Of a stretch of 64,000 nt of DNA, positions 9,784-19,678 are shown piece after piece. Source of the stretch: an uncultured archaeon (GTDB lineage Archaea > Nanobdellota > Nanobdellia > Pacearchaeales > GW2011-AR1); NCBI GenBank assembly GCA_963845205.1, contig CAWJRC010000004.1:105040-169039 (forward strand), written 5' to 3'. Positions within the stretch are counted from its first letter, which is position 1; each line of letters starts with the position of its first letter. The position numbers and the translations under genes are program-made. Under the pieces are notes generated by a model. The model did not search any database, had not been told where the DNA came from, and was given only the letters and a program-made list of their open reading frames with translations.

Positions 9784-10530
9784 ATGATAGATATAACGGG
9801 AAAACAAGATGCAATTGCTATAAAAGAAGAATATCAAAAAGCATTGAATTATACCCATGAAGAAGTTAAGAAAAAAGTAGAATGGCTTTATGGAATGAAT
9901 CATAAATTAAAAGATAATCTTGCATTAGCCCAGAAATATAAAAAAGACCTTGTTGCAGATGAAGAAGCCAAGGATAAGGAATATGCTAATTTGAATAACC
10001 TCTTGATAAAAGAAACAAATTTTGAGAAAGAAATGTTAAAAACTTCTCAAAAAGGAAAGAAATCTTCCATAACTAAAATTAAACCAAAATTCAAAGATGT
10101 AGATGAAGTTAGATTTAATGCGATGCAAGATTATCTTGACAAATATCCTGAATATGCTTCTAAATCAAGTTTTAAAAAAATATTAGATAAAATAAGTGAA
10201 GTTGAAAAAGGAATTAAAGATACAAAGAAAAATTATAATCGTTCTGTTTCAGAAGTTTTGAGAGAAATCTCTTATTGGTCAAGGAATTATATGGAAGCAG
10301 AGAATCTTGTCAAAAAATTTAAAGAACAGATTAAAGAAGCAAAAGAGAAATTAAGTAAAATGAGATATTTACGAAGTATTGCATATAAGTTAGCAAGTGA
10401 AAAAGAAAAAATGAAAGTAAATATCCATACTCTTTATTATCGAATAGATGAAATGGAAGATACAATTAGAAAATTAAATGAAGAATATGAAAAAGCAAGA
10501 AGACAAGATTTAGAAGAGATGGAATATTAA
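9784..10530 (+). CDS. K/E-rich coiled-coil protein, function unknown
   Basis: 248 aa, heptad-rich; followed immediately by 58-nt repeat copy A. Confidence 0.45.
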   Translation: MIDITGKQDAIAIKEEYQKALNYTHEEVKKKVEWLYGMNHKLKDNLALAQKYKKDLVADEEAKDKEYANLNNLLIKETNFEKEMLKTSQKGKKSSITKIKPKFKDVDEVRFNAMQDYLDKYPEYASKSSFKKILDKISEVEKGIKDTKKNYNRSVSEVLREISYWSRNYMEAENLVKKFKEQIKEAKEKLSKMRYLRSIAYKLASEKEKMKVNIHTLYYRIDEMEDTIRKLNEEYEKARRQDLEEMEY

Positions 10531-10534
10531 TAAA

Positions 10535-10592
10535 AAAAGCCACACCTCTTAACACCATTATCCAAGCCACGAATACTTAACACTCTCAATCT
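10535..10592 (+). repeat. ~58-nt repeat copy A (two tandem AAGCCAC-N-CTTAACAC sub-units) directly 3' of stop codon
   Basis: ~90% identical to the reverse complement of 61124..61181. Confidence 0.7.
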
Positions 10593-10775
10593 GAGTAAGA
10601 TTTAAAAACCTTCTTTAGTTTTGATATTTGAGAAATGTCTATTAGATTATAAATTATATTCATATTCATATCACATTTCCTGTTCATTTTTTAAGGAAAG
10701 TAGAGTAGTTCGTAACTTTAGATATTTCTTGGAATCATAGATTTCAGACAAAATTAAATTTAAGGAAAGAAAAAA

Positions 10776-11921
10776 ATGGCAAAAGTAAGTCCGGTATCAA
10801 TAAAATATATGATACATGCAAATTTCTCAGCAGAGGGATCTCTGGAGAAGCCTGACGTAATCGGAGCTGTATTTGGACAGACAGAAGGGCTTTTAGGAGC
10901 TGAACTTGAGATGAGAGAACTGCAAAAAGAAGGAAAAATAGGAAGAATTGAAGTTGATTTGCATAAAGAAGGCAAAAGAACTGTGGGAGTTATAAAAATC
11001 CCTACTGCCTTGGATCAGAGTGAGACGACTTTGATTGCCGCTGCAATTGAAACAATAGAAAGAATAGGGCCTTGCGATTCACAAATCTCAGTTGAAAGAA
11101 TTGAAGATGTAAGAGGAAGCAAGAGAGATTATATTGTTGAAAGAGCAAAGAAATTGATGCAGGAAATTAAGGGTAAAACCGATTCAAGAGAAATTTCTGC
11201 AGAAATAAAGGATTCTACAAGAATCGCAGGAATCAAAGAATACGGAGAGAATAAGTTGCCTTGCGGAGATATATCAGGAAAAGAACTGATTGTTGTTGAA
11301 GGAAGAGCAGATGTTGTCAATCTGATAAGAAACGGAGTAAATAATGTTATCGGGATGAACGGAACAAAACTTCCTGATGAAATCAGGGAATTAGGGAAGG
11401 AAAAAGAAATAACATTGTTTGTAGATGGCGACAGAGGCGGAAAACTCATTGCACAGAACGTAGTTGAAAATGCAAATATTGCATACATTGCTACTGCTCC
11501 TGACGGAAAAGAAGTCGAGGAATTAGCAGGCAAAGAGATCTTGATGAACTTAAGGAAAAAAGTTCCTGTTAAGGAATTTTTTTCCGGTTCTCAGGACCGA
11601 AATAGAACCATAGAAAAGAAAGTAGAAGAAGAATTTGAGTTAAGCATTGACAGAAAAAATAAACTTAAAGAAATTTCAAAAAAGAATGAAGGAAGCGGAA
11701 AAGCTATTCTTCTTAATAATTCTCTGAATGAAATAAAAAGCATTTCAGTAAAAAGTCTTGCAGGAACCTTGCATAGAATAAGAGACAGACCAACAGCAGT
11801 TGTTATTGACGGAACAGCAACAGTTTCTATCATAAGTACATTAGAGGAAATTAACTGCAAGGTTATTGTAGCGAAGAATTTCGCAACAACAGACACAAAG
11901 ATTAAATTATTGAGTTTGTAA
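10776..11921 (+). CDS. dnaG: archaeal DnaG-type primase (TOPRIM)
   Basis: N-terminal KYMIHANF...VIGAVFGQTEGLLG; TOPRIM EGRAD and DGDRGG. Confidence 0.9.
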   Translation: MAKVSPVSIKYMIHANFSAEGSLEKPDVIGAVFGQTEGLLGAELEMRELQKEGKIGRIEVDLHKEGKRTVGVIKIPTALDQSETTLIAAAIETIERIGPCDSQISVERIEDVRGSKRDYIVERAKKLMQEIKGKTDSREISAEIKDSTRIAGIKEYGENKLPCGDISGKELIVVEGRADVVNLIRNGVNNVIGMNGTKLPDEIRELGKEKEITLFVDGDRGGKLIAQNVVENANIAYIATAPDGKEVEELAGKEILMNLRKKVPVKEFFSGSQDRNRTIEKKVEEEFELSIDRKNKLKEISKKNEGSGKAILLNNSLNEIKSISVKSLAGTLHRIRDRPTAVVIDGTATVSIISTLEEINCKVIVAKNFATTDTKIKLLSL

Positions 11922-11940
11922 ATAAATCTTTAAAGTTAAA

Positions 11941-12321
11941 ATGAAAGGGAGTTCGATAGAAGATTGTGTGAAAGAAGCTGAAAAAATAATTTCTAAATAC
12001 GGAATTTGTTTGTTATTATTTGATGTTAAGAATTCTAAAGGATTTGATAACGGGCAAAGATTACAGAAACAATTGGAAAGCATGATCAAGGATTTAAATG
12101 AAAAATTTTCTAAATATTTTCCTGAAACCGATATAGCAACTTATGTAAGAAAAGAAAGGGGTTTTATGGTTTTATTAGGGGATGGTTCATGGGCAGGAAT
12201 TGATTCTTCTGAAGCAATAAAAAAAATAGTTGAATATCAAAAAGAAAATTATCCAGACATACCCTTATATTGGGATGTAGCAAAGGACGGATTTGATGAA
12301 AGAACAAAGATTGTCAGATAA
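11941..12321 (+). CDS. hypothetical protein
   Basis: 126-aa ORF. Confidence 0.35.
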   Translation: MKGSSIEDCVKEAEKIISKYGICLLLFDVKNSKGFDNGQRLQKQLESMIKDLNEKFSKYFPETDIATYVRKERGFMVLLGDGSWAGIDSSEAIKKIVEYQKENYPDIPLYWDVAKDGFDERTKIVR

Positions 12322-12351
12322 TTCTTTAAATTTCAATTTCTTTGATTTTTC

Positions 12352-13125
12352 ATGATAAGATTCGGCCCAGCAGGAATAGGCCCTGTTAAAGAAGCAATTT
12401 CTAATCTTGAAATGTATCATAAACTTGGATTGAAAGCTTGTGAAATCGCTTTTACTTATGGAATTTACATAAAACAAAGGGAAGATGCAATTAAGATTGG
12501 GAAGAAAGCCAAAGAACTAGGAATTAAGTTAAGCATCCATGCTCCTTACTGGATTAACCTTAATTCAAAAGAGAAGAAAAAAATAGAAGAAAGCAAAAAA
12601 AGAATTCTTGACTGTTGCAAAATAGGGACTTTAATGCACGTTCACAGAATTGTTTTCCATGCTGGATTTTATTCTGGAATGGATAAGAAAGAGACTTATG
12701 AAAACATAAAAAAGGCTATTCTAGAAATGCAGGAAGAAATTAAAAAAGAAAAGTATACTTCAAAATTAGCTCCTGAAGTTATGGGTAAGATAAATGTTTT
12801 TGGAAGCGTTGAAGAAATAAGCAAATTGGTTAAGGAAACAGGCTGCAGTTTTTGCATCGATTTTGCACATGTTCTTGCAAGATACAAAAGTTACAGAGTG
12901 AAAGAGACACTTAGTGAATTTGGAAATGCGAAGGAGTTTCATATTCATTTTTCAGGGATTGATTACGGAGAAAAGGGGGAGAAAAATCATAAAAGAACTT
13001 CTGAAAAAGAATGGGAAAAATTAATCTCAGAACTACCAAAAAATAAAGAAATAACTATAATTAATGAAAGCCCAGACCCAATTAAGGATTCAATAATCGG
13101 GATGGAGATCTATAGCGCGAAATAA
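12352..13125 (+). CDS. xylose-isomerase-like TIM-barrel / AP endonuclease family 2 (endonuclease IV-like) protein
   Basis: FGPAG..., HAPYWINLNS, ...HAGFY, FCIDFAHV resemble Endo IV / sugar-phosphate isomerase TIM barrels. Confidence 0.5.
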   Translation: MIRFGPAGIGPVKEAISNLEMYHKLGLKACEIAFTYGIYIKQREDAIKIGKKAKELGIKLSIHAPYWINLNSKEKKKIEESKKRILDCCKIGTLMHVHRIVFHAGFYSGMDKKETYENIKKAILEMQEEIKKEKYTSKLAPEVMGKINVFGSVEEISKLVKETGCSFCIDFAHVLARYKSYRVKETLSEFGNAKEFHIHFSGIDYGEKGEKNHKRTSEKEWEKLISELPKNKEITIINESPDPIKDSIIGMEIYSAK

Positions 13126-13543
13126 TAAAATAATCTCTTTTGTAAAATTCATCTCTAATTTCATCGATAAGACTTCGTTTTGGATCAGGAACTGCGATAT
13201 ATTGATTTTTTAAAGAAACTTTATCACTATTCGAGAAAATGTCGAAATCGTTTTTCCCTAAGGTAATAACTTTTTTTTCTGAGTTTATTAAAAATAAGAT
13301 ATCTGAATTTTTTCCTATGAGAGTAAAGCCTCTTGCATAAATATCTTCTTCCAATTTTACGGGATTCCCCTCTTTATCTGTATAATTTATTCCAAACATA
13401 ATCTGATTAATCTCATTATTTTCATTGGAATTAAAGTAAAGTAAGCTTCTTTCACTACCTGTAAGAACATCAAATATATTTTTGTTCTCAGCTATTTCAG
13501 AGGGGGAAGATTTTTTATAGAGTTTGTAATTTAAAGTCTTCAT
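13082..13543 (-). CDS. hypothetical protein
   Basis: 153-aa ORF, convergent and overlapping 44 nt with the previous gene. Confidence 0.35.
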   Translation of the reverse strand: MKTLNYKLYKKSSPSEIAENKNIFDVLTGSERSLLYFNSNENNEINQIMFGINYTDKEGNPVKLEEDIYARGFTLIGKNSDILFLINSEKKVITLGKNDFDIFSNSDKVSLKNQYIAVPDPKRSLIDEIRDEFYKRDYFIISRYRSPSRLLNP

Positions 13544-13706
13544 AAATCATGAAAAGAGTTATGGTTTTTAAATTTTCCGAGGCTATTTCACTGTTTGTTA
13601 CTTACATTCAGTTCATCTTTAATAGATGATTATGTTGTCACCATAAAGTTTATAAATGATTTTCAGCTTTTTAAAATTACAGAAAACTAAGTTTTTCTGC
13701 AATTAA

Positions 13707-14909
13707 ATGATGGATAAAAAAATTAGAAAAATGAATACCAAAAATACTTTGGTTTCTTTTTTGTTAATCGCAAGTGTTTTGTTCTTGGCAAGTGCTGTAA
13801 GTGCCCTTGGAACTAATCAGGAAAACGTCCAAGTTAATAACATCGCTGTTGTTAATGGAGGATATTCAACTAATACAGTTGTTAGTATTAATGCTGGAGA
13901 TACAATAACTGTTCAAGTAGCATTTAATGCAACTGTTGACGCTACCAATGTTAGAATAAAAGCAACACTTGAAGGGAATAGTAATGACGTAATGGTTGTT
14001 ACTCCAAACTTTGATGTTATAAAAGGAAATACATATGTACAAACCTTAACATTAAAAGTTCCTTCAGATTTTCAAGATAATAATCTGAACGAAAATTTAC
14101 CTTTAGATATCCAAATTTTGGATTCAAATGGTTATGTTGATACAGAATACAGCAGTATTCCATTAACAGTTCAAAGACCTTCATATGATCTTGCTATTGA
14201 ATCAGTAAATGTAGACAACACAGTTTCTGCTGGACAATCTGTTCCAGTTAGTTTTACTGTAAAAAATGTTGGTTACAACAATGCTGATGACGTTTATGTA
14301 ACTTTAAGCATACCAGAACTTAACATTCAGAAAACAGTCTATCTTGGAGATCTTGTAACTCAAAATTTTGAGGATTACAATGCTTCAGATAATAATAACG
14401 ACCAAGTTACTGCTAGCGGAACAGTTAATCTAGACATCCCATACAATGCATCAGGGGATTATACCCTTACGATTCAAGCTGGAAATGATCAAGAAGTAAG
14501 TACTGCCACACAAGTAATAACCGTAAATAACAATGTTCCTAACATTGCTATACAATCTGGAAATGATTTGACATTGCTTAACCCTACAAACCAATTAGCG
14601 GTTTACACAGTTAAGTACAATTCAACTCAGCAAACAGTCGTTGTTCCTGCTGAATCAAGCAGTAATGTTCCGATAACCGTTCCAACGAGCGGAACTTACC
14701 AGTTTGATGTATCAGTTTACTCTGGAGACACTCTATTAAGTACTGTTAACTACAGCGGTTCAAATCCAAGCACAGCAACTTTGACAAATCCGGTATTCGT
14801 ACTGACAGGCATATTAGCAATAATATTCCTTGTTTTGTTAGTTGTATTAGTTGTTTTGATAACAAAGAAACCTCAAAAAACTGAAGAGTTCGGCGAAAGT
14901 TACTATTAA
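13707..14909 (+). CDS. cell-surface protein (signal peptide, T/S/N/V-rich Ig/CARDB-like β domains, C-terminal TM anchor)
   Basis: N-terminal hydrophobic signal; C-terminal VFVLTGILAIIFLVLLVVLVVLITKK; oligo-T terminator follows. Confidence 0.6.
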   Translation: MMDKKIRKMNTKNTLVSFLLIASVLFLASAVSALGTNQENVQVNNIAVVNGGYSTNTVVSINAGDTITVQVAFNATVDATNVRIKATLEGNSNDVMVVTPNFDVIKGNTYVQTLTLKVPSDFQDNNLNENLPLDIQILDSNGYVDTEYSSIPLTVQRPSYDLAIESVNVDNTVSAGQSVPVSFTVKNVGYNNADDVYVTLSIPELNIQKTVYLGDLVTQNFEDYNASDNNNDQVTASGTVNLDIPYNASGDYTLTIQAGNDQEVSTATQVITVNNNVPNIAIQSGNDLTLLNPTNQLAVYTVKYNSTQQTVVVPAESSSNVPITVPTSGTYQFDVSVYSGDTLLSTVNYSGSNPSTATLTNPVFVLTGILAIIFLVLLVVLVVLITKKPQKTEEFGESYY

Positions 14910-15013
14910 AGATCCTTTATTTTTTTTATTTTTTTTATTTTAAGTTTCTATTTTTTAGAGATGTGACTACTAAAAAATGAAAAATATATAAATATCTAAT
15001 TCTTGAAATTTAA

Positions 15014-15547
15014 ATGGAAAGTGAAAGCCGGAAAAATATTGAAGGGAAAATCTTGTTTTTAGATAGAGAAAACATTAACACAGATGAAATCATACCCGCA
15101 AAATATTTGACAGAAGGGGAAAAAGAAGACTTGAAACAATATTTGTTGGAAGATTTAATTCTTGAAGATTTTAATTCCAAAAAAGATGTAGAAGGAAAAT
15201 CTATTATCGTAAGCAGAACAAATTTCGGCTGCGGTTCTTCAAGAGAACATGCTGTATGGGCATTGGAGCAAAATGGGATATATGCAGTTATCGCTGAAAG
15301 TTTTGGAAGCATTTTCAAAAGAAACATGTTCAATGAAGCATTGCTTGCAATTGAACTTTCAAAAGACAAAATAGACAGATTGTTCAGATATAACAAAGAT
15401 ATCACTGCAAAAATTTATTTTGATGACTCTAAAATAGATATAATAGACAAAGACCAAACTGAAGAGTTTGATTTTAAATTGTCAGACTTTGACAGGGCAG
15501 TTTTCGAGGCAAGCGGTTGGGTTAATTACGCTGATAAAAGATATTAA
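15014..15547 (+). CDS. aconitase-family swivel-domain small subunit (LeuD-like), no large subunit adjacent
   Basis: NFGCGSSREHA signature. Confidence 0.6.
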   Translation: MESESRKNIEGKILFLDRENINTDEIIPAKYLTEGEKEDLKQYLLEDLILEDFNSKKDVEGKSIIVSRTNFGCGSSREHAVWALEQNGIYAVIAESFGSIFKRNMFNEALLAIELSKDKIDRLFRYNKDITAKIYFDDSKIDIIDKDQTEEFDFKLSDFDRAVFEASGWVNYADKRY

Positions 15548-15568
15548 TAAACAGGCAGATATCTAAAA

Positions 15569-15901
15569 ATGTCAAGAAGACCTAAGAACAAGAGAGAAAG
15601 ATTAAGACGAAAAAGAGAGGAAGAATTATCTAAAAATTTAGAAGAAAAGGTCATTAACATTCCGGTTTACAGCGATGAAAATGGAAGGTTCATCTATTAT
15701 CATTGCGATGGGAGAGGATATCTTCCTTTTTGTGATGGAACACGTCATTTTGGGGAGATTTGGAATAACAGAAAATGCGTAAGGGAAAAATGCTGGTACT
15801 ATAAAGAAATAAGAATGAACATTGAAGACATAGGAAAAGACATAAAATTATACATTCCAAAAGAAGGAATTTTCCCTAGGGAAGTTTATCAATTACATTA
15901 A
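15569..15901 (+). CDS. basic Cys/His-rich small protein (putative Zn-binding)
   Basis: RRPKNKRERLRRKREEE N-terminus; YYHCDGRGYLPFCDGTRHF...CVREKC. Confidence 0.35.
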   Translation: MSRRPKNKRERLRRKREEELSKNLEEKVINIPVYSDENGRFIYYHCDGRGYLPFCDGTRHFGEIWNNRKCVREKCWYYKEIRMNIEDIGKDIKLYIPKEGIFPREVYQLH

Positions 15902-15929
15902 TAAATTAAAAATTATTGATAATTTTAAG

Positions 15930-16826
15930 ATGGTGAATTTAATATTTTGGCCTTTAATTTTTGCGATCATTTCTCCGTTTATTTTGGGATTTGTTAATAT
16001 ACTAGATAAATTTGTCATCTCCAACAAGGTCAAAAGTCCCATTGGCTTTACAATTATTGCAGGGATTGTAACTTCCACTATCGGAATTATTATTGCGGTA
16101 TTTTTAAACTGGAAAAATGTAACGATTACGGATTTGATATTCCCTACAATGGCAGGAATTATTTTCGGCTTTCAGTATATCCTTTATTATTTGATGCTAA
16201 AAAAGGAAGATGTAGCAAATATAATTGGATGGGAATATGTCTATCCCATAATTGTTGGAATCTTATCTTTCTTGTTTCTGAATGAAGTTATTCCTCTTAT
16301 CAGCTATATTGGGATGTTTTTTATTTTATCGGGTGCGACTACAATCTCTATGAAAAGGGGTAAAATAAGATTTAAAGTTGCTATATGGTCGATAGTCTTA
16401 TTTATTTTAATAACCGCATTTTATGAATTTTTCATAAAAATAAGTACTATAACTCTCTCGGCAATAAACGGAATATCAGTAAGCTGTATTTTTGTCGGAG
16501 TTGTAATGCTACCCGGCTTGTTAAATAAAAAAATAAGAAAAGGATTTTTAAGAGAAATGAAAAATTTAAAATGGGCTATACTCAATGAAAGCTTGACTGT
16601 TCTGGGAATAGCATTTATATTTTTTGCAATGGCAGGACTTCCCGCAACAATTGTTTCTTCTGTTGCAGCAATTCAACCTTTCGCTGTTTTGATTCTGGAA
16701 TTTTCAGCCAGCAAGATTGGGGTGAAAATAACAACCGATACAGATTTTAAAAAGAAAGCTTTTTCAATTTTATTAATTGTTATTGGAGTTGTATTATTGT
16801 ATCTTCCCGAGTTAATTAAAGTTTAA
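15930..16826 (+). CDS. polytopic membrane protein (DMT/EamA-like?)
   Basis: ~10 predicted TM helices. Confidence 0.35.
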   Translation: MVNLIFWPLIFAIISPFILGFVNILDKFVISNKVKSPIGFTIIAGIVTSTIGIIIAVFLNWKNVTITDLIFPTMAGIIFGFQYILYYLMLKKEDVANIIGWEYVYPIIVGILSFLFLNEVIPLISYIGMFFILSGATTISMKRGKIRFKVAIWSIVLFILITAFYEFFIKISTITLSAINGISVSCIFVGVVMLPGLLNKKIRKGFLREMKNLKWAILNESLTVLGIAFIFFAMAGLPATIVSSVAAIQPFAVLILEFSASKIGVKITTDTDFKKKAFSILLIVIGVVLLYLPELIKV

Positions 16827-19678
16827 ATTTTCAGACTCACAATCTTGCTGACTCCATCGTGCATGCTGACTCCGTAAAGGTTTGTTGAATTTGAAATAAC
16901 TTCATCATTGTGGGTTATTACTATATACTGTCCTTTTTGCATATATTTCTTCAAAAGATCTGCAAGGCGCTCTGAATTTCTTTTATCAAGAGCAGAATCA
17001 ATTTCATCAAAGATGTAAAAGTAATACGGCTTAAGTTCCTGAATTGCAAAGATTAATGACAATGCAACAAGAGTCTGTTCCCCTCCCGATAATGACTTTA
17101 CATCAAAATATTTTCCATGCCCTGTCTTTACGATTATATTTATTCCGCCGTTAAAGGGCTCTTTCTTGTCTTCCAAATCCAAAAATACATGTCCTTTCTG
17201 GCTGAGCTGTGAAAAATTTCTAGTAAAAATTTCATTTATAGAATTTAAAGTCTGCATGAATGTTTTTTTCTTCTTTATATCGATCTCATGAATTATCTTA
17301 AGAATCCCTTCTTTTTCTTTTCCTATGATTTCTGTTTTCTCTTTTATGGAATCATACTCTTTTTTTATTGAATCGTAAACTTCAAGCGAACGAAGGTTTA
17401 CGCTCCCTATCTGGGACAGCTGTTCCTGAGTTTTAGCTAATCTTTCCGCAAGAACTTCCTTGTTTGCTTTTATTATCTCAACATCAGGGAAACCAAGCAT
17501 TTCTGTTTCAAGATTTTCAATTTCAGCGTTTATTCTAGCAGAGTCAATTTTAAAATTATTAAATTCCTGTTCAAGGCTGTAAACTATATTCTGCTTGTTT
17601 GAAATTTCTATCTCATTCTCCCTTATTTTTTTCTGAAGCGCATCCCGGTCTAAAATAAATTTCCTGAATTTTTCAGTAAGCTCTTCTTCCTGCTTTTTCT
17701 TTTTTTCAAGAATTTTTTCTTTTTCGTTTATGTCCTCTCTTATCTCTTCAAGTTCAGAAGCCAAGTCTTCTCTTTCCCTTATTAATTGCTTAAGAGAAGC
17801 CTTTGAGCGCTCAAGCTCTCTTGATTTGAAAGACATTTCTGAATCAAGATTCTCCTGGCTTCGCATTGAAATTTCCTGAACCTCTATTTTTGCAGTTTCA
17901 TACTTGTGTTCGATATTTGAATTTTCATCGAAGTTGGCTTCAAGATTTTTTTCTCTTTTAAGAAGTTCTGTAATCTCTCCTTTGAGATAATCAATTTTTT
18001 CCTGAAGGGATTTGATCTGGCTCTGCTTGTCATGAACATTTGAAAGCTTAATCAGATCCGAATTTCCTCTTGAGATATCCATATTTACCTGTTCTATCTC
18101 CTGATTTAGAATCTTTTTTTTGCCGTTTATATCATTAAGCTCTCTGTCTGAATTCCCTATCTCCTTGCGCAGCGATTCAATTTTCTCATAAATTTCTTTA
18201 TGCATAGATTCTATATGTTCCTTCGTTATCCTGCTTTGACACATCGGGCAAATATCCATCTTTGAAATTTTCTCAATTACCTTCTGCTGTTTATCAATTT
18301 CATATTCCCTGGCTGCTGAATGTTTTCCCAGATTCATTTCTTTCTGGTTAAGGGTTTCAAGAAGATTCTTCTTTTCTGCGAGAGAAGCTTTTAACGAATT
18401 TATTTTCTCGGTGGTTATTTTTGAATCAAAAAGCTCTTCTGAAACGGATTTTATCTGCTTAAGAAGAAAGTCAGATTCATTATTATAAGAATTAAGGGTT
18501 GTTTTTTTATCCTGAATCCTCTCCTTAATAGATTTAAGCTCTGATTTAATAGTGTAAAATTTTTTCCGCTGTTCTTCAAGTTTTTCAAGCTCCTGCTTTT
18601 TTGTCTCGATTTCTTTTTGATTTTTTACAGTTGATAATGGCCTCTGCAGTTCTTTCATGCCAAGTTCAAGATTTCTTATTGACTCCTGGGTCTCATCCTT
18701 CTCTTTTGAAACTGACGCAATTTTACTTTCATAATTTTCTTCCCGGACATTCATCCCTGCAAGTTCTGCACGGATATTCGCAATTTCCTGATTTAATCTC
18801 TCCTGTTCCAGTCCTGTTGATTTCTGGATTGTTGAATTTATTGAAGATATCTTTGATTCAAGATTTTCTATTGCGATACGAAGTTCTGAAATTATTTTTT
18901 TTTCTTTTTCTATCTCTTTATTTTTATTAGAAACTTTTGAACTTATTTCTTCTGAAATTTTTTTTCTGTGCGTTATGTCATTATAGATTATGCTTGCCTT
19001 GAATTTTTTTATATCTGATTCAAGTTTTTTGAATTTTAATGCCTGCTGCCTTTCTTTTTCAAGATTGTTGAGATAGATTGTCCTCTCTCTCAATATCGCA
19101 ATAACTTCCTTAAGTTTCTCCTCAGTTTTTTCAAGCTCACTCAAAGATTTTTCTTTTCTTGACTCGTATATCGATATTCCGGAAACTTCTTCTATAATTT
19201 TCCTTCTGTCCTCTGGCTGCATTCTTACAAAGTTCTGAATTTCCCCCTGAAGAACTATATTAAATCCGTTCGGGTCTATTCCTGCCTGAGCAAGCAAGAA
19301 AAGAACTTCCTGTCTTGTTTTTACTTCGTCATTTATTTTGTATATACTCTGCCCATTTCTTCTAACAATTCTTTTTATTGAAATTTCTTCTTTATCAATT
19401 GAAAAAACATGATCTTTATTGTCTATTACAATTTCAACTTCTGCTTCTTTTGCAGGAGCCGCGATTTTGCTTCCTAAAAAGATTAAATTTCCGGCTTTTG
19501 CTGCACGCATCGATTTTATGCTCAGTCTTCCAAGAACAAAACACAAGGCGTCAGAGATGTTACTTTTCCCGCTTCCGTTTGCCCCTACAATAACATTGAT
19601 TCCGGGAGCAAGTGGAACTTCTGTTTTCCTGACAAAACTTTTGAAGCCGTACATCACTAATTTTTTTATATAGAGCAT
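16823..19678 (-). CDS. SMC/Rad50-family ATPase: SMC-like heads with central CxxC zinc hook, no hinge
   Basis: Walker A GANGSGKSN, SMC-type N-terminus (KSMRAAKAGNLIF...VIDN), signature LSGGEQTLVALSLIFAIQ + FDEIDSALD, mid-coil DICPMCQ. Confidence 0.75.
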   Translation of the reverse strand: MLYIKKLVMYGFKSFVRKTEVPLAPGINVIVGANGSGKSNISDALCFVLGRLSIKSMRAAKAGNLIFLGSKIAAPAKEAEVEIVIDNKDHVFSIDKEEISIKRIVRRNGQSIYKINDEVKTRQEVLFLLAQAGIDPNGFNIVLQGEIQNFVRMQPEDRRKIIEEVSGISIYESRKEKSLSELEKTEEKLKEVIAILRERTIYLNNLEKERQQALKFKKLESDIKKFKASIIYNDITHRKKISEEISSKVSNKNKEIEKEKKIISELRIAIENLESKISSINSTIQKSTGLEQERLNQEIANIRAELAGMNVREENYESKIASVSKEKDETQESIRNLELGMKELQRPLSTVKNQKEIETKKQELEKLEEQRKKFYTIKSELKSIKERIQDKKTTLNSYNNESDFLLKQIKSVSEELFDSKITTEKINSLKASLAEKKNLLETLNQKEMNLGKHSAAREYEIDKQQKVIEKISKMDICPMCQSRITKEHIESMHKEIYEKIESLRKEIGNSDRELNDINGKKKILNQEIEQVNMDISRGNSDLIKLSNVHDKQSQIKSLQEKIDYLKGEITELLKREKNLEANFDENSNIEHKYETAKIEVQEISMRSQENLDSEMSFKSRELERSKASLKQLIREREDLASELEEIREDINEKEKILEKKKKQEEELTEKFRKFILDRDALQKKIRENEIEISNKQNIVYSLEQEFNNFKIDSARINAEIENLETEMLGFPDVEIIKANKEVLAERLAKTQEQLSQIGSVNLRSLEVYDSIKKEYDSIKEKTEIIGKEKEGILKIIHEIDIKKKKTFMQTLNSINEIFTRNFSQLSQKGHVFLDLEDKKEPFNGGINIIVKTGHGKYFDVKSLSGGEQTLVALSLIFAIQELKPYYFYIFDEIDSALDKRNSERLADLLKKYMQKGQYIVITHNDEVISNSTNLYGVSMHDGVSKIVSLKI

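Noticed and set aside
14910-14950. ttttttttattttttttatttt after the surface-protein gene as a notable repeat
   Set aside because: Simple oligo-T run typical of archaeal intrinsic terminators in AT-rich genomes; not a distinct element.
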